A stretch of DNA of 64,000 nt from a bacterium (GCA_963674965.2 CAXXFL010000003.1:32001-96000); one strand, 5' to 3'; counted from the first letter of the stretch, positions 40,747 through 51,399 are shown. Numbers and translations: made by a program. Notes: generated by a model from the sequence alone, not told the origin.

Positions 40747-41451
40747 ATGATGAGCGAGAAAAAAGAAAAGATACTTATCGCGGACGACATGGAGACCTTT
40801 CTCCGCCTGGAGAAGATGTTGCTCGAGCGCTCGGGTTACGAGATCGTCATGGCCAAGAGCGGTGGCGAGGCCATCAAGAAAATCCAGATGGAGAAGCCCA
40901 AGCTCATATTTCTCGACATGATGATGCCGGACATGAACGGGGACGCGGTCTGCCGTTTCGTCAAGACCAACAAGGCGCTCAAGCACATCCCGGTGGTAAT
41001 GGTCACGACCAAGAGCGACCCCGAGTCGCGGGACCGGTGCACCCAGGCCGGATGCGACGATTACATAACCAAGCCCGTCACCCAGCGCGACCTTTTCGAG
41101 AAGATCAAGAAGTTCGCCGGCGTCGAGAGGCGCGAGCACGCCCGGGCCACCCTTCGCGTGACCGCCACCACCACGGGCAAGTCCTTTACCTTCACCGAGT
41201 TCACCAAGGACGTGTCGGTGGGCGGGATTTTCGTCGAGACCGAGACTCCCATCGCCTCGGGCACTCCCCTTGACCTTCAGTTTGCCCTGCCCGACGGCAA
41301 GGAACCCGTCAACGCCAAGGGGACCGTCGTGCACACGGTCACCCCCGAGACCGCCAGGGGCAAGACCCCTGGCATGGGGATCAAGTTTGTCAGCATAAGC
41401 GCCGCCGACGCGGACAGAATAAGAAAATACGTCAACGGCGGCCCCCGCTGA
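40747..41451 (+). CDS. Response regulator receiver fused to PilZ domain
   Basis: ILIADD, LDMMMP, KP; PilZ RREHAR and DVSVGG, PGMGIKF. Confidence 0.88.
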   Translation: MMSEKKEKILIADDMETFLRLEKMLLERSGYEIVMAKSGGEAIKKIQMEKPKLIFLDMMMPDMNGDAVCRFVKTNKALKHIPVVMVTTKSDPESRDRCTQAGCDDYITKPVTQRDLFEKIKKFAGVERREHARATLRVTATTTGKSFTFTEFTKDVSVGGIFVETETPIASGTPLDLQFALPDGKEPVNAKGTVVHTVTPETARGKTPGMGIKFVSISAADADRIRKYVNGGPR

Positions 41452-41454
41452 GCC

Positions 41455-42630
41455 ATGTACGCCGTCCTGAGGGTCCTGAAAAAGGAGTTCATCCAACTCC
41501 GGCGGGACCCTAAAATTTTTCCCATCTTGTTCGTTGCCCCCATTATCCAGATGATCTTCATGGGTTACGCCGCCACCCTCGATATAAAACATATCCCCAT
41601 CGTCATATGGGACCAGGACAATACGCCGGCCTCGCGGGAATTCGTCCGCCACGTGACCTCGTCCCTTTACTTCGACGACGCGGGAAGGATCGGAGGCTAC
41701 GACGACGCGCAAAGGATGATGAGAAGGGGAAAGGCCGCCGCCGCCCTCGTCGTTCCCGCGGGTTTCCAGCGCGACCTCAAGGGGGGAAGGACAGCGACGG
41801 TCCAGGCGGTCGTGGACGGGGCCGACTCGAACCAGGCGCTGATAGCCCAGAATTACCTCGCCGTTATCGCCCAGACCAGGAGCGCCGCCCTTATGGTCGA
41901 GGGCCTGTCCGTGAACCGGGCCGGGCTTTTCGAGGCCGGGACCCTGGCCTCCATAGCCTCGTCATCGTCCATCATGAGGGGAGAGTTGGCCGTAAGTCCC
42001 GAGCCCAGGGTCTGGTATAACCCCGAGCTGCGCTCGGCCAACTTCATGATACCGGGAGTGGTGGTCATGATACTCATGGTCATGACCATGATGCTCACCT
42101 CCCTGGCCGTGGTCCGGGAGAAGGAAGTGGGGACCATGGAGCAGGTTATCGTTACCCCCATCCGGCCATGGCAGTTTATCGTCGGCAAGATAACTCCCTT
42201 CGTGATCATCGGGTTCCTCGAGGTTTCCCTTGTGGTCCTGGTCGCCGTGGTCTGGTTTAAAATCCCCTTCCGGGGCGCCGTTACCTCATTGTACGGTTAT
42301 TCCGCTCTCTTCCTGCTGACCACTCTCGGCCTGGGTCTGTTCGTTTCCACCATCAGCCATACCCAGCAGCAGGCCATGATGACGGCCTTTTTTATTATCT
42401 TTATCATGATCAACCTCTCGGGCTTTATCTTTCCCATCGAGAACATGCCAAGGCCGGTCCAGCTTCTGACCTATCTGATTCCCATGCGCTACTTTCTGGT
42501 GATCGTAAGAGGGGTATTTTTAAAGGGGTCCGAGGTTAACGTGTTATGGGACCAGGCCCTTCCCCTTTTCGTGCTGGGCATAGCGATCATTGGATGGAGC
42601 GTGCAGAAGTTCGGCAAGACCCTGGATTGA
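41455..42630 (+). CDS. ABC-2 type transporter permease (YbhR/YbhS-like)
   Basis: KKEFIQLRRD, WYNPEL, VREKEVGTMEQ..VTP, SGFIFPIENMP. Confidence 0.92.
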   Translation: MYAVLRVLKKEFIQLRRDPKIFPILFVAPIIQMIFMGYAATLDIKHIPIVIWDQDNTPASREFVRHVTSSLYFDDAGRIGGYDDAQRMMRRGKAAAALVVPAGFQRDLKGGRTATVQAVVDGADSNQALIAQNYLAVIAQTRSAALMVEGLSVNRAGLFEAGTLASIASSSSIMRGELAVSPEPRVWYNPELRSANFMIPGVVVMILMVMTMMLTSLAVVREKEVGTMEQVIVTPIRPWQFIVGKITPFVIIGFLEVSLVVLVAVVWFKIPFRGAVTSLYGYSALFLLTTLGLGLFVSTISHTQQQAMMTAFFIIFIMINLSGFIFPIENMPRPVQLLTYLIPMRYFLVIVRGVFLKGSEVNVLWDQALPLFVLGIAIIGWSVQKFGKTLD

Positions 42631-42787
42631 TGATAGTCGTTTTTGAGCCGGGTTCCATTAAAATATGTCTAAGTATCCGATATTGAGGAGATAATTAGTA
42701 GAATTAAAATAGCGGGTATTTGACGCTCGCCTTTTTTTTGGCGAGGCGGTTATTGCCGGAAGGGTACGCGGACGGACGACGTCCTCC

Positions 42788-43141
42788 TCAAGCGCTTTTC
42801 TGGGGCGGCACAAGATAGCCCGAGCGCCTGCTCTCCCGTACGGTCAGCGGGAAAAGCCCCTTGGCCAGCTTGTCTCCCAGGCACCTTTCCAGCCGGATCA
42901 GTTTGAGGATACTGCGCACGATCTTTTCCTTTTCCGTTTTGGGCAGTCCACTGACGCTGACGCTTAGAATGTCAAGGTCGAACGGATTGAGTTCGTGTTC
43001 CCGGCATAAAGCCACGTAGAGTTTCTTGCAGCGGTTATATTCTTCCATAACCTTGTCGTCGGCTTTACCACCGGGGTCCGTTTCCGTCGAGGCCATGAGT
43101 TTCATAATCAGCCTCCTTTTATGTTTGAATCCCCGATTCAT
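42788..43141 (-). CDS. Small hypothetical protein, probably sigma54-dependent (alternative start 43105)
   Basis: 117-aa ORF; AAGGAGG RBS before both ATG 43141 and ATG 43105. Confidence 0.6.
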   Translation of the reverse strand: MNRGFKHKRRLIMKLMASTETDPGGKADDKVMEEYNRCKKLYVALCREHELNPFDLDILSVSVSGLPKTEKEKIVRSILKLIRLERCLGDKLAKGLFPLTVRESRRSGYLVPPQKSA

Positions 43142-43172
43142 GGTCTTCTTAGCCTCCTTACGACAATTAATA

Positions 43173-43190
43173 TAGCAATAATGTTGCCAA
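43173..43190 (-). promoter_or_regulatory. sigma54 (-24/-12) promoter
   Basis: TTGGCAACATTATTGCTA with exact GG-N10-GC spacing, within a ~390-bp AT-rich intergenic region. Confidence 0.7.
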
Positions 43191-43529
43191 ATGATAATAA
43201 AAGAATGTTATATCTTATAAATACAATTACTTAACATATATTGCTGTATTTGAATTCATCTTCAGAAGCCGATTTTGCAGTAAATTTTACACGAATTTGG
43301 AAAAATTGCGCCAATGACAGCCAATATTATGACTGGCAAATCATTCATATAAGATAAATAAGAGATTTTTAATGTATTATTTATGTTTAGAAAAAGAACG
43401 AAAGATCATTACTTTATGTAAAGCCATGATCCATCGGAAAGGGCGTCAGGTTATATCAACAAAATAATTGTTTATTATCAATGAATTATTTCAACCAGCT
43501 CGACCTGATACCCAATGAGCATTTTGCAA

Positions 43530-45164
43530 TCAGTGCTTGTATCTTGCCTGATTGCGGCCAAGGGTCATCTCGACTCCCGCCCGGCCCGAATCATTGTAGC
43601 CGTCCCAAAAGGAGCACTTTTCCTCCATGCCCGCCGGTTCCGCGGCGATAGTCGTATCCAACGTGATCCTTTGCGGATTGTCCCGGTCGAACTTGGGCCA
43701 CTCGGGCAGTCCCTCACCGTTGGGGTCATGGCTTTTCGCGAAGTTGGTCCAGTAAGCCTGTATCACGCGGCTTAACTCTCGGGCGCCCTCAATATTGGAC
43801 TCGTCGTAAAGCCGCATTTTGCCCTCGGTGGGAAGATTGCCGAACACGAGCGGCACTTCAAACCCATGGAAGGCCCCGATACGCCTTCCGAACCTGTAGT
43901 CGTCATAGTCGAATCGATAGAGGAAAACCTTGTCCTGGTACCGCGCCGCGGCCTCGAGGCCGAGGTAAGTGGGACAGGCCAGGCTCGAGTCGGTCACCAT
44001 TTTGCCATAGGCGTATCGGGGTTTGCCATCATAGTCCTCGAGAGGGTAGAGCGCGGCCAATTCCTCTTTCTCCGCCTCGGTGAGTCCCAGGTTGATCCCC
44101 GCCCGTCTTGCATAGTCCCATGGCGGCGTATACCAGAGTTTCTTTCTGAAATACAAAGCCTTGTCGAACTCGTCCCGGTTATAGCCGGCGATAAAGGGCA
44201 CTTTATTGTGCTTTCCATCCCTGATGGCCTGGAGGGGCGCGTCATCCAGGAGGTACCCGTCGTGGTGGGGAGCGTAGAGCATGCCTTCATTGTAAAACGT
44301 AATCAGGCCGCCCTTCATGAACTTCGAGGCCGGCGCCGCCCGCAGGCACTCGAGGTCTCCCTCCTTGCATCCTATCCTTTTATAAATGGCCCTGGCCCGC
44401 TCGTAGCCCTTCTCCAGGCTCTCGCTTTTCCCGCATCCGCCCGACTCGAGGATGGCCCCGTGAATCCTGCCCCGGTTAAGGGGCGTGGCCAGCATGGTGC
44501 AGACCGACCAGCCGCCCGCGCTCTCGCCGAATATGGTTACGTTGTCCGGGTCTCCGCCGAATGACCGGATATTGTCGTGCACCCACTCGATGGCGCGGAC
44601 CTGATCGAGGGAGCCGTAGTTACCCGCGCTCGAGTTCTCATCCTCCTCCCTGAGGCCGGGGTCGGCCAGGAACCCGAAGGGACCCAGCCGGTAGTTGAAG
44701 CTCACCACCACCACGTCGCCCGCCGCGGCCAGGTTCGAGCCGTCATAGCCCAGCCCCACGTTGCCCGATCCGCCCGAGCCCATCACGTACCCGCCCCCGT
44801 GTATCCAGACCATGACCGGAAAAACTCCCGACTTGGCCGGCTTGAAAACGTTAAGATAAAGGCAGTCCTCGCTCATCCCATTCTTGGCCGGGACCTGCAT
44901 GCAGACGCTGCCGTACTCCAGCGCGTCGAGGACGCCACCCCACTCGGGAGCGGGAACGGGCGCCCGGAACCGAAGGTCGCCCACCGGCGGCGCCGCGAAA
45001 GGGATGCCCTTCCAGACCATGGTCAGGCCGTCGTCGCTCATATATCCTCTGGCCTTGCCGCTCTCGGTTTGGGCGGTAAGGTCGGCCTCATCCGCCCGGA
45101 CCGGTTCAAGGCAAATCCCGATAAATAAAAAGATGAAAACAAAAAGGATGAACGCGCGTTTCAT
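43530..45164 (-). CDS. Secreted type B carboxylesterase
   Basis: GIPFAAPPVG.LRF, SEDCLYLN, WIHGGG, GESAGG, FHG.E; signal peptide; RBS AAGGAG. Confidence 0.93.
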   Translation of the reverse strand: MKRAFILFVFIFLFIGICLEPVRADEADLTAQTESGKARGYMSDDGLTMVWKGIPFAAPPVGDLRFRAPVPAPEWGGVLDALEYGSVCMQVPAKNGMSEDCLYLNVFKPAKSGVFPVMVWIHGGGYVMGSGGSGNVGLGYDGSNLAAAGDVVVVSFNYRLGPFGFLADPGLREEDENSSAGNYGSLDQVRAIEWVHDNIRSFGGDPDNVTIFGESAGGWSVCTMLATPLNRGRIHGAILESGGCGKSESLEKGYERARAIYKRIGCKEGDLECLRAAPASKFMKGGLITFYNEGMLYAPHHDGYLLDDAPLQAIRDGKHNKVPFIAGYNRDEFDKALYFRKKLWYTPPWDYARRAGINLGLTEAEKEELAALYPLEDYDGKPRYAYGKMVTDSSLACPTYLGLEAAARYQDKVFLYRFDYDDYRFGRRIGAFHGFEVPLVFGNLPTEGKMRLYDESNIEGARELSRVIQAYWTNFAKSHDPNGEGLPEWPKFDRDNPQRITLDTTIAAEPAGMEEKCSFWDGYNDSGRAGVEMTLGRNQARYKH

Positions 45165-45349
45165 TGTGACTCTCCTTGCTGGACCTTTGTTACATGTTTG
45201 TATCACTCTTGCCGGTGAAGGGCAAGAGGTTCGAACGGATCGGTAGGGAGAATCGAACGCCCCTGACCGCCGCCGGTCTTGAATTCCCACCCGTTTCGCC
45301 AGAATGATCTCATTGATATAGAATGAACTGAAAACCGGCGGGAGAAATA

Positions 45350-46681
45350 TTGTCCATGCACAAATCCATTTGGGTCATAATCGTCACCGCGTCCTTTTTG
45401 CTCGCGGCGAGTGCTCCGGCGACGAGGACCGGCGGGCCTCGCGTGATCAACGACGACGCGGGGTGGTGCTGGTTCCAGGACGAGCGGGCGGTCTTTCAGG
45501 GGAACACCCTCCTGGCGGGAAGCGTGGCCTCGGGCCGATATGACTGGAAGCGGCGCGGGAACGTCGAGGTGACCGCCATGGACCTCGAGACCGGAAGGAC
45601 CGAACTGTTCGTGCTTCACAAGAGGCTCGAGGCCGACGACCACGACGCGCCCGCCCTCCTGGTCCTTCCCGACGGCCGAGTGATGGCCGCGTACTCGAGG
45701 CACAACGCGGACCGCAAGATCAGGTATCGCGTCACCCTCCGTCCAGGGGACGTGGGCGCGTGGACGACCGAGCGCTTCTTCAAGATAAAAGCGAGCGGTT
45801 ACGGGGCGACCTATTCCAACCTGTACCGGCTCGAGGCGGAGGGCGGCAGGATTTACGACTTCTACAGGGGTGAGCATTTCGATCCCAACGTCATCGCGTC
45901 CGAGGACGGCGGCGAGACCTGGCAAGGAGCGGGGCGGCTTTTGGGCGGGCCCGGCCGTCCCTACCTCCGGTACGCCTCGAACGGGATCGATGAAATACAT
46001 TTCGTCTGCACCGAAGGGCACCCGCGCGACTGCGACAATAGCCTGTATCACGGGTACGTAAAGGGCGGCATGGTCCACGACTCGGCGGGGACCGTTATCG
46101 GGCGCTTGGGTGAGGGCGCCAGGCCCGAGAGTATGACTCGAGTGTTCGCGGGCGACGCGGACAACGTGGCCTGGCCCGCGGACCTCGAGCTTTTCGAGGG
46201 TCGGCCCTACTCGGTCTACTCGGTGCAAAAGGACGGGGCCGGACTTCCCAGGCGGCGCGGCGGGCTCGACCACCGTTATCGTTACGCCTGGTTCGACGGC
46301 TCGAGGTGGCGAGACCACGAGGTGGCCCGGGCGGGCTCGAGGCTCTACGCCGGGGAGGACGACTACACGGGCCTCATTTGCCTTCACCCGGCGGACCCGA
46401 GAGTGGTTTACTTTTCAACCGACGTGGACCCCGAGACGGGCGAGCCGCTGATAAGCAAGGCCGACGGGCAAAGGCATTACGAGATATTCAAGGGCGTCAC
46501 CCCCGACGGGGGCAGGACCTGGACCATCACTCCCGTGACCTCGAACTCGGACCAGGACCAGATACGGCCCAACGTGCCCCGACCCGGCCCCCCCGGCTCC
46601 GCCCTCATCTGGCTCCGAGGCCGCATGACCACCTTCCGCCGCTACGATCTGGAGATGGTCGTCATGGCCCCGGCGCCGTGA
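45350..46681 (+). CDS. Secreted BNR-4 repeat beta-propeller protein
   Basis: Signal peptide; GWCWFQDERA, DDHDAPAL, TYSNL, SEDGGETW, TPDGGRTW. Confidence 0.8.
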   Translation: MSMHKSIWVIIVTASFLLAASAPATRTGGPRVINDDAGWCWFQDERAVFQGNTLLAGSVASGRYDWKRRGNVEVTAMDLETGRTELFVLHKRLEADDHDAPALLVLPDGRVMAAYSRHNADRKIRYRVTLRPGDVGAWTTERFFKIKASGYGATYSNLYRLEAEGGRIYDFYRGEHFDPNVIASEDGGETWQGAGRLLGGPGRPYLRYASNGIDEIHFVCTEGHPRDCDNSLYHGYVKGGMVHDSAGTVIGRLGEGARPESMTRVFAGDADNVAWPADLELFEGRPYSVYSVQKDGAGLPRRRGGLDHRYRYAWFDGSRWRDHEVARAGSRLYAGEDDYTGLICLHPADPRVVYFSTDVDPETGEPLISKADGQRHYEIFKGVTPDGGRTWTITPVTSNSDQDQIRPNVPRPGPPGSALIWLRGRMTTFRRYDLEMVVMAPAP

Positions 46682-46706
46682 CTACCATGATTTGTTTACA
46701 TCTATT

Positions 46707-47309
46707 TTATAACAATACCTTTAATTGAATATATATTCCATTCGTCGCATGACCTCCAATTCCACCATTCATAGCCCAGATTTTGACTAGTTCTACATAA
46801 TTAATATTTGAAGCCGGTGGAATATTTTTAAGCGCATCAAGAAAAGCGTCTTGAAGAATGTAATTTTTGGAATGTCCTACGACTTCGCGTGACACATCTT
46901 CAGATATTGCCCAAAATGAGTCGGCTAAAGGATGGTCAACGGCGCCATCCGAAAATTCTATTAATTTAACCTCAACCTTCTTTTCTCCATCCTTTTGAGA
47001 CACAAATACAAATTCAGGTTTTTCCTGCAGAATCACAACCGTGGCACATTCATATTTATCAATTGGCTGTGTCGATATTCCTGGGGGCTTTAGCCACTGG
47101 ACCTCAAATTTTAATGGAGATTCCGCATCTGTGAAGACCTGGCTGATCCTTACTGTATAATTAGGATTAGGCTTTTCTCCCTTTGCAATTATTATCAAAT
47201 ATTTCTCATCGGAAGGGGGTGGGGGGGTATCGGGGCCATGAGAGAAATGCGTTGTGAAATAATACGCGCTGATTTCATTAAAGGTTGCAAGTTCCCAAGC
47301 AGTAGTCAT
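46707..47309 (-). CDS. Low-GC hypothetical protein (PrcB C-terminal-like domain plus dodecin-like C-terminus)
   Basis: AKGEKPNPNYTVRI...PPG..TQ; VVGHS...QDAF..AL...VELV; RBS AGGAGG. Confidence 0.55.
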   Translation of the reverse strand: MTTAWELATFNEISAYYFTTHFSHGPDTPPPPSDEKYLIIIAKGEKPNPNYTVRISQVFTDAESPLKFEVQWLKPPGISTQPIDKYECATVVILQEKPEFVFVSQKDGEKKVEVKLIEFSDGAVDHPLADSFWAISEDVSREVVGHSKNYILQDAFLDALKNIPPASNINYVELVKIWAMNGGIGGHATNGIYIQLKVLL

Positions 47310-47392
47310 AATTATTGCCTCCTATAGATAGCGTTATGAATTGCAAATGCGAAATTGAAAATATAAATCACGCTCAAAAATGAAGTTGAGAT

Positions 47393-47710
47393 TCACTCGC
47401 AATTTTTAGATATTGCGATTGGTGGTTCATTTAATGGAAGAATCATTTTACCGTTTAGGTATGGTCGCTCATTCCCGGGCATTATTTTTACTGATTCATC
47501 AATCCCGGTCTCGGGATCAATAGTTTTCGCCTCTGCGACAAAAATATATATAGTCGGATGTGTAAATTTAGCTTCTTTATCAAGATCAATCCAGACTAAT
47601 CTGCTCTTTTGGATTATTTCAATTTTACCTCCATTTTCCCCGTCCTGAACAATGTCTCCTGGAGATAAATTGTCATTAAAAACATACAAATATAAATTAT
47701 CATCCATCAC
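47393..47710 (-). CDS. Low-GC small hypothetical protein with WIDL...AKFTHPT.Y motif
   Basis: 105-aa ORF with RBS GGAGGAGG. Confidence 0.6.
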   Translation of the reverse strand: MMDDNLYLYVFNDNLSPGDIVQDGENGGKIEIIQKSRLVWIDLDKEAKFTHPTIYIFVAEAKTIDPETGIDESVKIMPGNERPYLNGKMILPLNEPPIAISKNCE

Positions 47711-48089
47711 GCCTCCTCCATTGAAAGATTTTCTGAGAAAGAAAAACCCGAGATAAAGAGTATCTTTATCTCCTTTTCATCCACAAGCTTCGATAAAAAC
47801 GTCATGATAGCCAGCATCCGGCTCGCGCCGGACGGCCTATACCCCAAGCGATTGGATTGTTATAAGGCTTTAGCGTAATTTTATTAGGATGAATTACCCT
47901 AATATATTATCATTGGAATGTCAATAAAAAAAATCAATCCGAGACGAATAAATCCGCGGAGGGATACTCCGGGCTATGCGGCATAGGAGGGCGTTTTAAG
48001 TCCATATGGATACGAAAAGACAATCGGCCGGGCGATCAATATGCGTAATTCAACTTAATTGCCGGCCAATTCAGCCCAAGGCGTCATCT

Positions 48090-48407
48090 TCATCCCCCTA
48101 TTTCAGCACGCTCCTCGCCGCTCCTCGCTGGGCCCTTCTTGGCCTGTTTGTTTTTCCTCTGGATGGTTTTGTCTTTAATCTTGAGGTTGCGGGCCGCGTC
48201 AGCCGCGTAGAGGGCGGCCCAGAGGTTGTCGCTCGTGAGTTGCCGCCCGAGGATTTCCCGGGCCTCGGACTCAAAGCCCAAAGGATAAAGGGCCTGGGCG
48301 GCCTCGACGCTCACCGCCGGGGAGGGGTCCTCTTTCGCCTCCAGCAAATCCGCAGCGGCCTCCATGGCGCCCCGTTGCGGGAAATTCCTTCGGTTTACTT
48401 TCGCCAT
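48090..48407 (-). pseudogene. Probable internally deleted gene: twin-arginine start joined to a HEAT-repeat C-terminus
   Basis: MAKVNRRNF lacks an h-region and runs into EDPSPAVSVEAAQAL HEAT-like repeats; RBS present. Confidence 0.4.
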
Positions 48408-48572
48408 GATACCTCTTCCTTTCTTCCCAAGGGAGCATTGTTTCGCGCCAATGACGGCGGAGTGAATACAGCCGGCTTGCCGGGCCGAGACGGCCGCTCC
48501 GCTCGCGCTTAGTTGACAACATTAAATAATGATACGATGCTTGATTGCAAAAGAAGACGGGAGACGCCGCAT

Positions 48573-51320
48573 ATGAGGGCAAAATTCGGGTTTATTGAAA
48601 TATTGTTTTTCGCCGCGTTCCTTACGCTCGCGGGCCGTGCGGGAGCGGGGGAGGAAAAGGTGGAGGAGGACTGGTCCTTTGGAGGGGGCGCCTTTGGAAG
48701 GTGGACCATGGACGGGGGCGGGCTTCCCGCCTACGAGTACCAGGCGCGTTACGACGATCCCCGCCTGGTCTGGGACCCGAAGGTGTATCCTCCAAGCAAC
48801 CTGCATTGGAGCCAGATCGGGAACGACCGGGTCATGGCCGCCTGCTACAACCTCGGGTTCGTCAAGCTGTTCGACGGCTCGGCCGGCGCGGTCTGGATCA
48901 ACGATTACGAGCCGGAAAAGGGAGAGTTCGCGGGAGGCTTCGGCTGGCTGGCCTGGGGCGACACGGTGGTCTCCGATTACGACGCGTCCATCGGGGAGGA
49001 CGCCGGCTGGAAGCGGGTCTTTGGCGCCTATTATTACGAGAAGACCCTCGAGACGGCCGAGGCGGTTTTCCGACATACCCTGGTACCCACGCCCAACACG
49101 GACTCGGCGCGGACTTCTCCCGAGGCCTCGTCTCTTTATTCCTTCGTGACCATAAGGAACAAGTCGGACCGGCCCATCAGCTTTACCCACCTCGAGTACT
49201 GGGACGTCAACGTCAAGTTGATGGACGACTTTCTCCTGGGCAGGGCGGGGATCAGGAAACGGCGAGACAAAAAGGTGAGCATGCGGGTCCACCGGAGCGG
49301 GACGGTGTTGGAGGCCGCCTCCCAGAAACGGCTGGAAGGGCCGCCCTCCCGGCCCGCGCTCGTGTTCCCCGAGTGGCCGTCGGCCTTTCTCGAGTCCATG
49401 GAGGAAAAACCCGACGCCTGGATTACCGACCCGTCCGAGCTTTTCAACGGCAAGGAAATGGTCATCTCACGGATATCCTCGGGCCTTGGATCGGAGAAAC
49501 CCGACCCGGCGGCGAGGGGGCAAAATGAAGCCTGCCTGGCCGCCAGGAAAAGCTTCGTTCTGGAGCCGGGAGAGGAGAAGACCATCGCCTATCGTTTCGG
49601 TTGCCTCTACCCATACGCCGCCGACTGGGACCAAGGTCCCGGCCCCGGGATGGAGGCGGCCTCCGAGTTGGCCCGCGTTCACGCCGCCTGGCGAGACGCC
49701 GGGTATCCGGCTTTCATCTCGTCTCGAGACTCCTTTATGGGAAGGGAACTGGTCTGGGACTATTACTATCTCACGGCCATGGCCACCTCGGATATCTACT
49801 ACGGGAAACGGCACGTTCCCCAGGGGGGGAATTACTACTACTACTCCGGCGGCAACGGCGCCACCCGCGACTACGCGGCCTTTGTCCAGGCCCTGACCTA
49901 CTATAAGCCCGAGCTGGCGCGGGAGATACTCGAGTTCATGTCCCGCTGCCAGGAGACCGACGGCAGGCTGTTCTACGATATCGAGGGGTACGGCTATCGC
50001 TACTCGACGCCCTACCGGCCGGGCGACCTGGACCTGTGGTATCTGTGGGCCCTTTGCGAGTACGTCTTCGCCACCCGCGACTTCGACCTGCTCGATCAGG
50101 GCGAGCCTTTCTATCCTCTTCACCTCGGCGAGGAGGGCACGGTTTGGGAGCACGCCCGCCGCTCCCTCGATCACCTGATCGACGTGATCGGGACCGGACC
50201 GAGGGGGCACTTGAGACTGAGGCTGTCCGACTGGAACGACGAGATGACCTGGCTCACCGCCGGCTCGAACCCGGCGGACATGCTGGCCACCTTTTACCGG
50301 GGCGAGTCGGTCATGAACACGGCCATGGCCTGTCATATTCTGCCCATGTTTCGGGACCTGGCCAAGGCCGAGGGAGACGCCGAGACGGCCGGCCGGGCGG
50401 AGGCGTTTCTCGTCAAGTTGCGGGCCGCCCTTGACTCGGCCTGGACGGGAACGCATTTTACGCGGGCTTACTCCGGTTTTGGCAAGCCCTTTGGCCAGGA
50501 TGAAACGTATCTCGAGCCGCAGGTTTGGGCCCTTCTCGCGGGTGACGTCCTAGGCCCCGAGCGGGAACGGAAGCTTTTAGACAACCTTCGGGCCAACCTC
50601 ATGGGTCCCAGCGAGTTGGGCATGATGATATCGACCTCGACCTCGGGGTCCCTTACCACCAGGCCGGGCGAGCAGGAGGAAGGCGGGATATGGCTGGCCA
50701 TCAACGGACCGGCGGCCCTGGCCCTGGCCAGGAGCGATCCGGACCTCGCCTGGCGCGAGGTCAAGCGGAACTCGATGGCCTGGCACGCTCACGTTTATCC
50801 GAATCTTTGGTACGGTATTTGGAGCGGTCCCGACGCCTGGAACTCGGTCTTCTCCGACCGGCCCGGCGAGACCTGGTACATGAAAACGCCCATATTGAAC
50901 ACGGGCCCGCAAATGTACCCGGTCCAGAACGCCCATTCCCATTGCCAGACCATGTGGGTCATGGCCCGGCTGGCGGGGATATCCCCCTTTGCCGAGGGCC
51001 TGGCCGTCGAGCCTCGCGTGCCCTTGGAATCCTATTCTTTTTCATGCCGGCTCTTTTCCATTTCAAAGGGCCCCGATGAGATCGCGGGAAGCTTGCGCGT
51101 GGGCGATGGAGGACCTTTGAAGCTGCGCGTTGAAATTCCCGAGAACATGCGGGGGAGGCAATTGGCCTTCAGCGTCAATGGCGAAAAAATTTCGTCCGCC
51201 GCCTTGGGCGATTACGTCGAGTGCATGGCTGGAGGAGACGGGCGCGGCTCCATTGATTTTAAGCTCACGGCTTCAAAGCCGCAACAGGGGCCGAACCGGA
51301 AGGCTTCTCGCGGCGTCTAA
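48573..51320 (+). CDS. GH94-like (alpha/alpha)6-barrel glycosidase/phosphorylase with signal peptide
   Basis: GATRD, GDLDLWY, GPRGHLRL..SDWND, GESV, PGEQEEGGIW..I. Confidence 0.7.
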   Translation: MRAKFGFIEILFFAAFLTLAGRAGAGEEKVEEDWSFGGGAFGRWTMDGGGLPAYEYQARYDDPRLVWDPKVYPPSNLHWSQIGNDRVMAACYNLGFVKLFDGSAGAVWINDYEPEKGEFAGGFGWLAWGDTVVSDYDASIGEDAGWKRVFGAYYYEKTLETAEAVFRHTLVPTPNTDSARTSPEASSLYSFVTIRNKSDRPISFTHLEYWDVNVKLMDDFLLGRAGIRKRRDKKVSMRVHRSGTVLEAASQKRLEGPPSRPALVFPEWPSAFLESMEEKPDAWITDPSELFNGKEMVISRISSGLGSEKPDPAARGQNEACLAARKSFVLEPGEEKTIAYRFGCLYPYAADWDQGPGPGMEAASELARVHAAWRDAGYPAFISSRDSFMGRELVWDYYYLTAMATSDIYYGKRHVPQGGNYYYYSGGNGATRDYAAFVQALTYYKPELAREILEFMSRCQETDGRLFYDIEGYGYRYSTPYRPGDLDLWYLWALCEYVFATRDFDLLDQGEPFYPLHLGEEGTVWEHARRSLDHLIDVIGTGPRGHLRLRLSDWNDEMTWLTAGSNPADMLATFYRGESVMNTAMACHILPMFRDLAKAEGDAETAGRAEAFLVKLRAALDSAWTGTHFTRAYSGFGKPFGQDETYLEPQVWALLAGDVLGPERERKLLDNLRANLMGPSELGMMISTSTSGSLTTRPGEQEEGGIWLAINGPAALALARSDPDLAWREVKRNSMAWHAHVYPNLWYGIWSGPDAWNSVFSDRPGETWYMKTPILNTGPQMYPVQNAHSHCQTMWVMARLAGISPFAEGLAVEPRVPLESYSFSCRLFSISKGPDEIAGSLRVGDGGPLKLRVEIPENMRGRQLAFSVNGEKISSAALGDYVECMAGGDGRGSIDFKLTASKPQQGPNRKASRGV

Positions 51321-51399
51321 CGGGTCAGGGTAAACCGGTTTTCCATCGTAAGGGATATGGTCCTTGAACGGCGCCTTACTCCCCGGTAAGATGTAAGCG

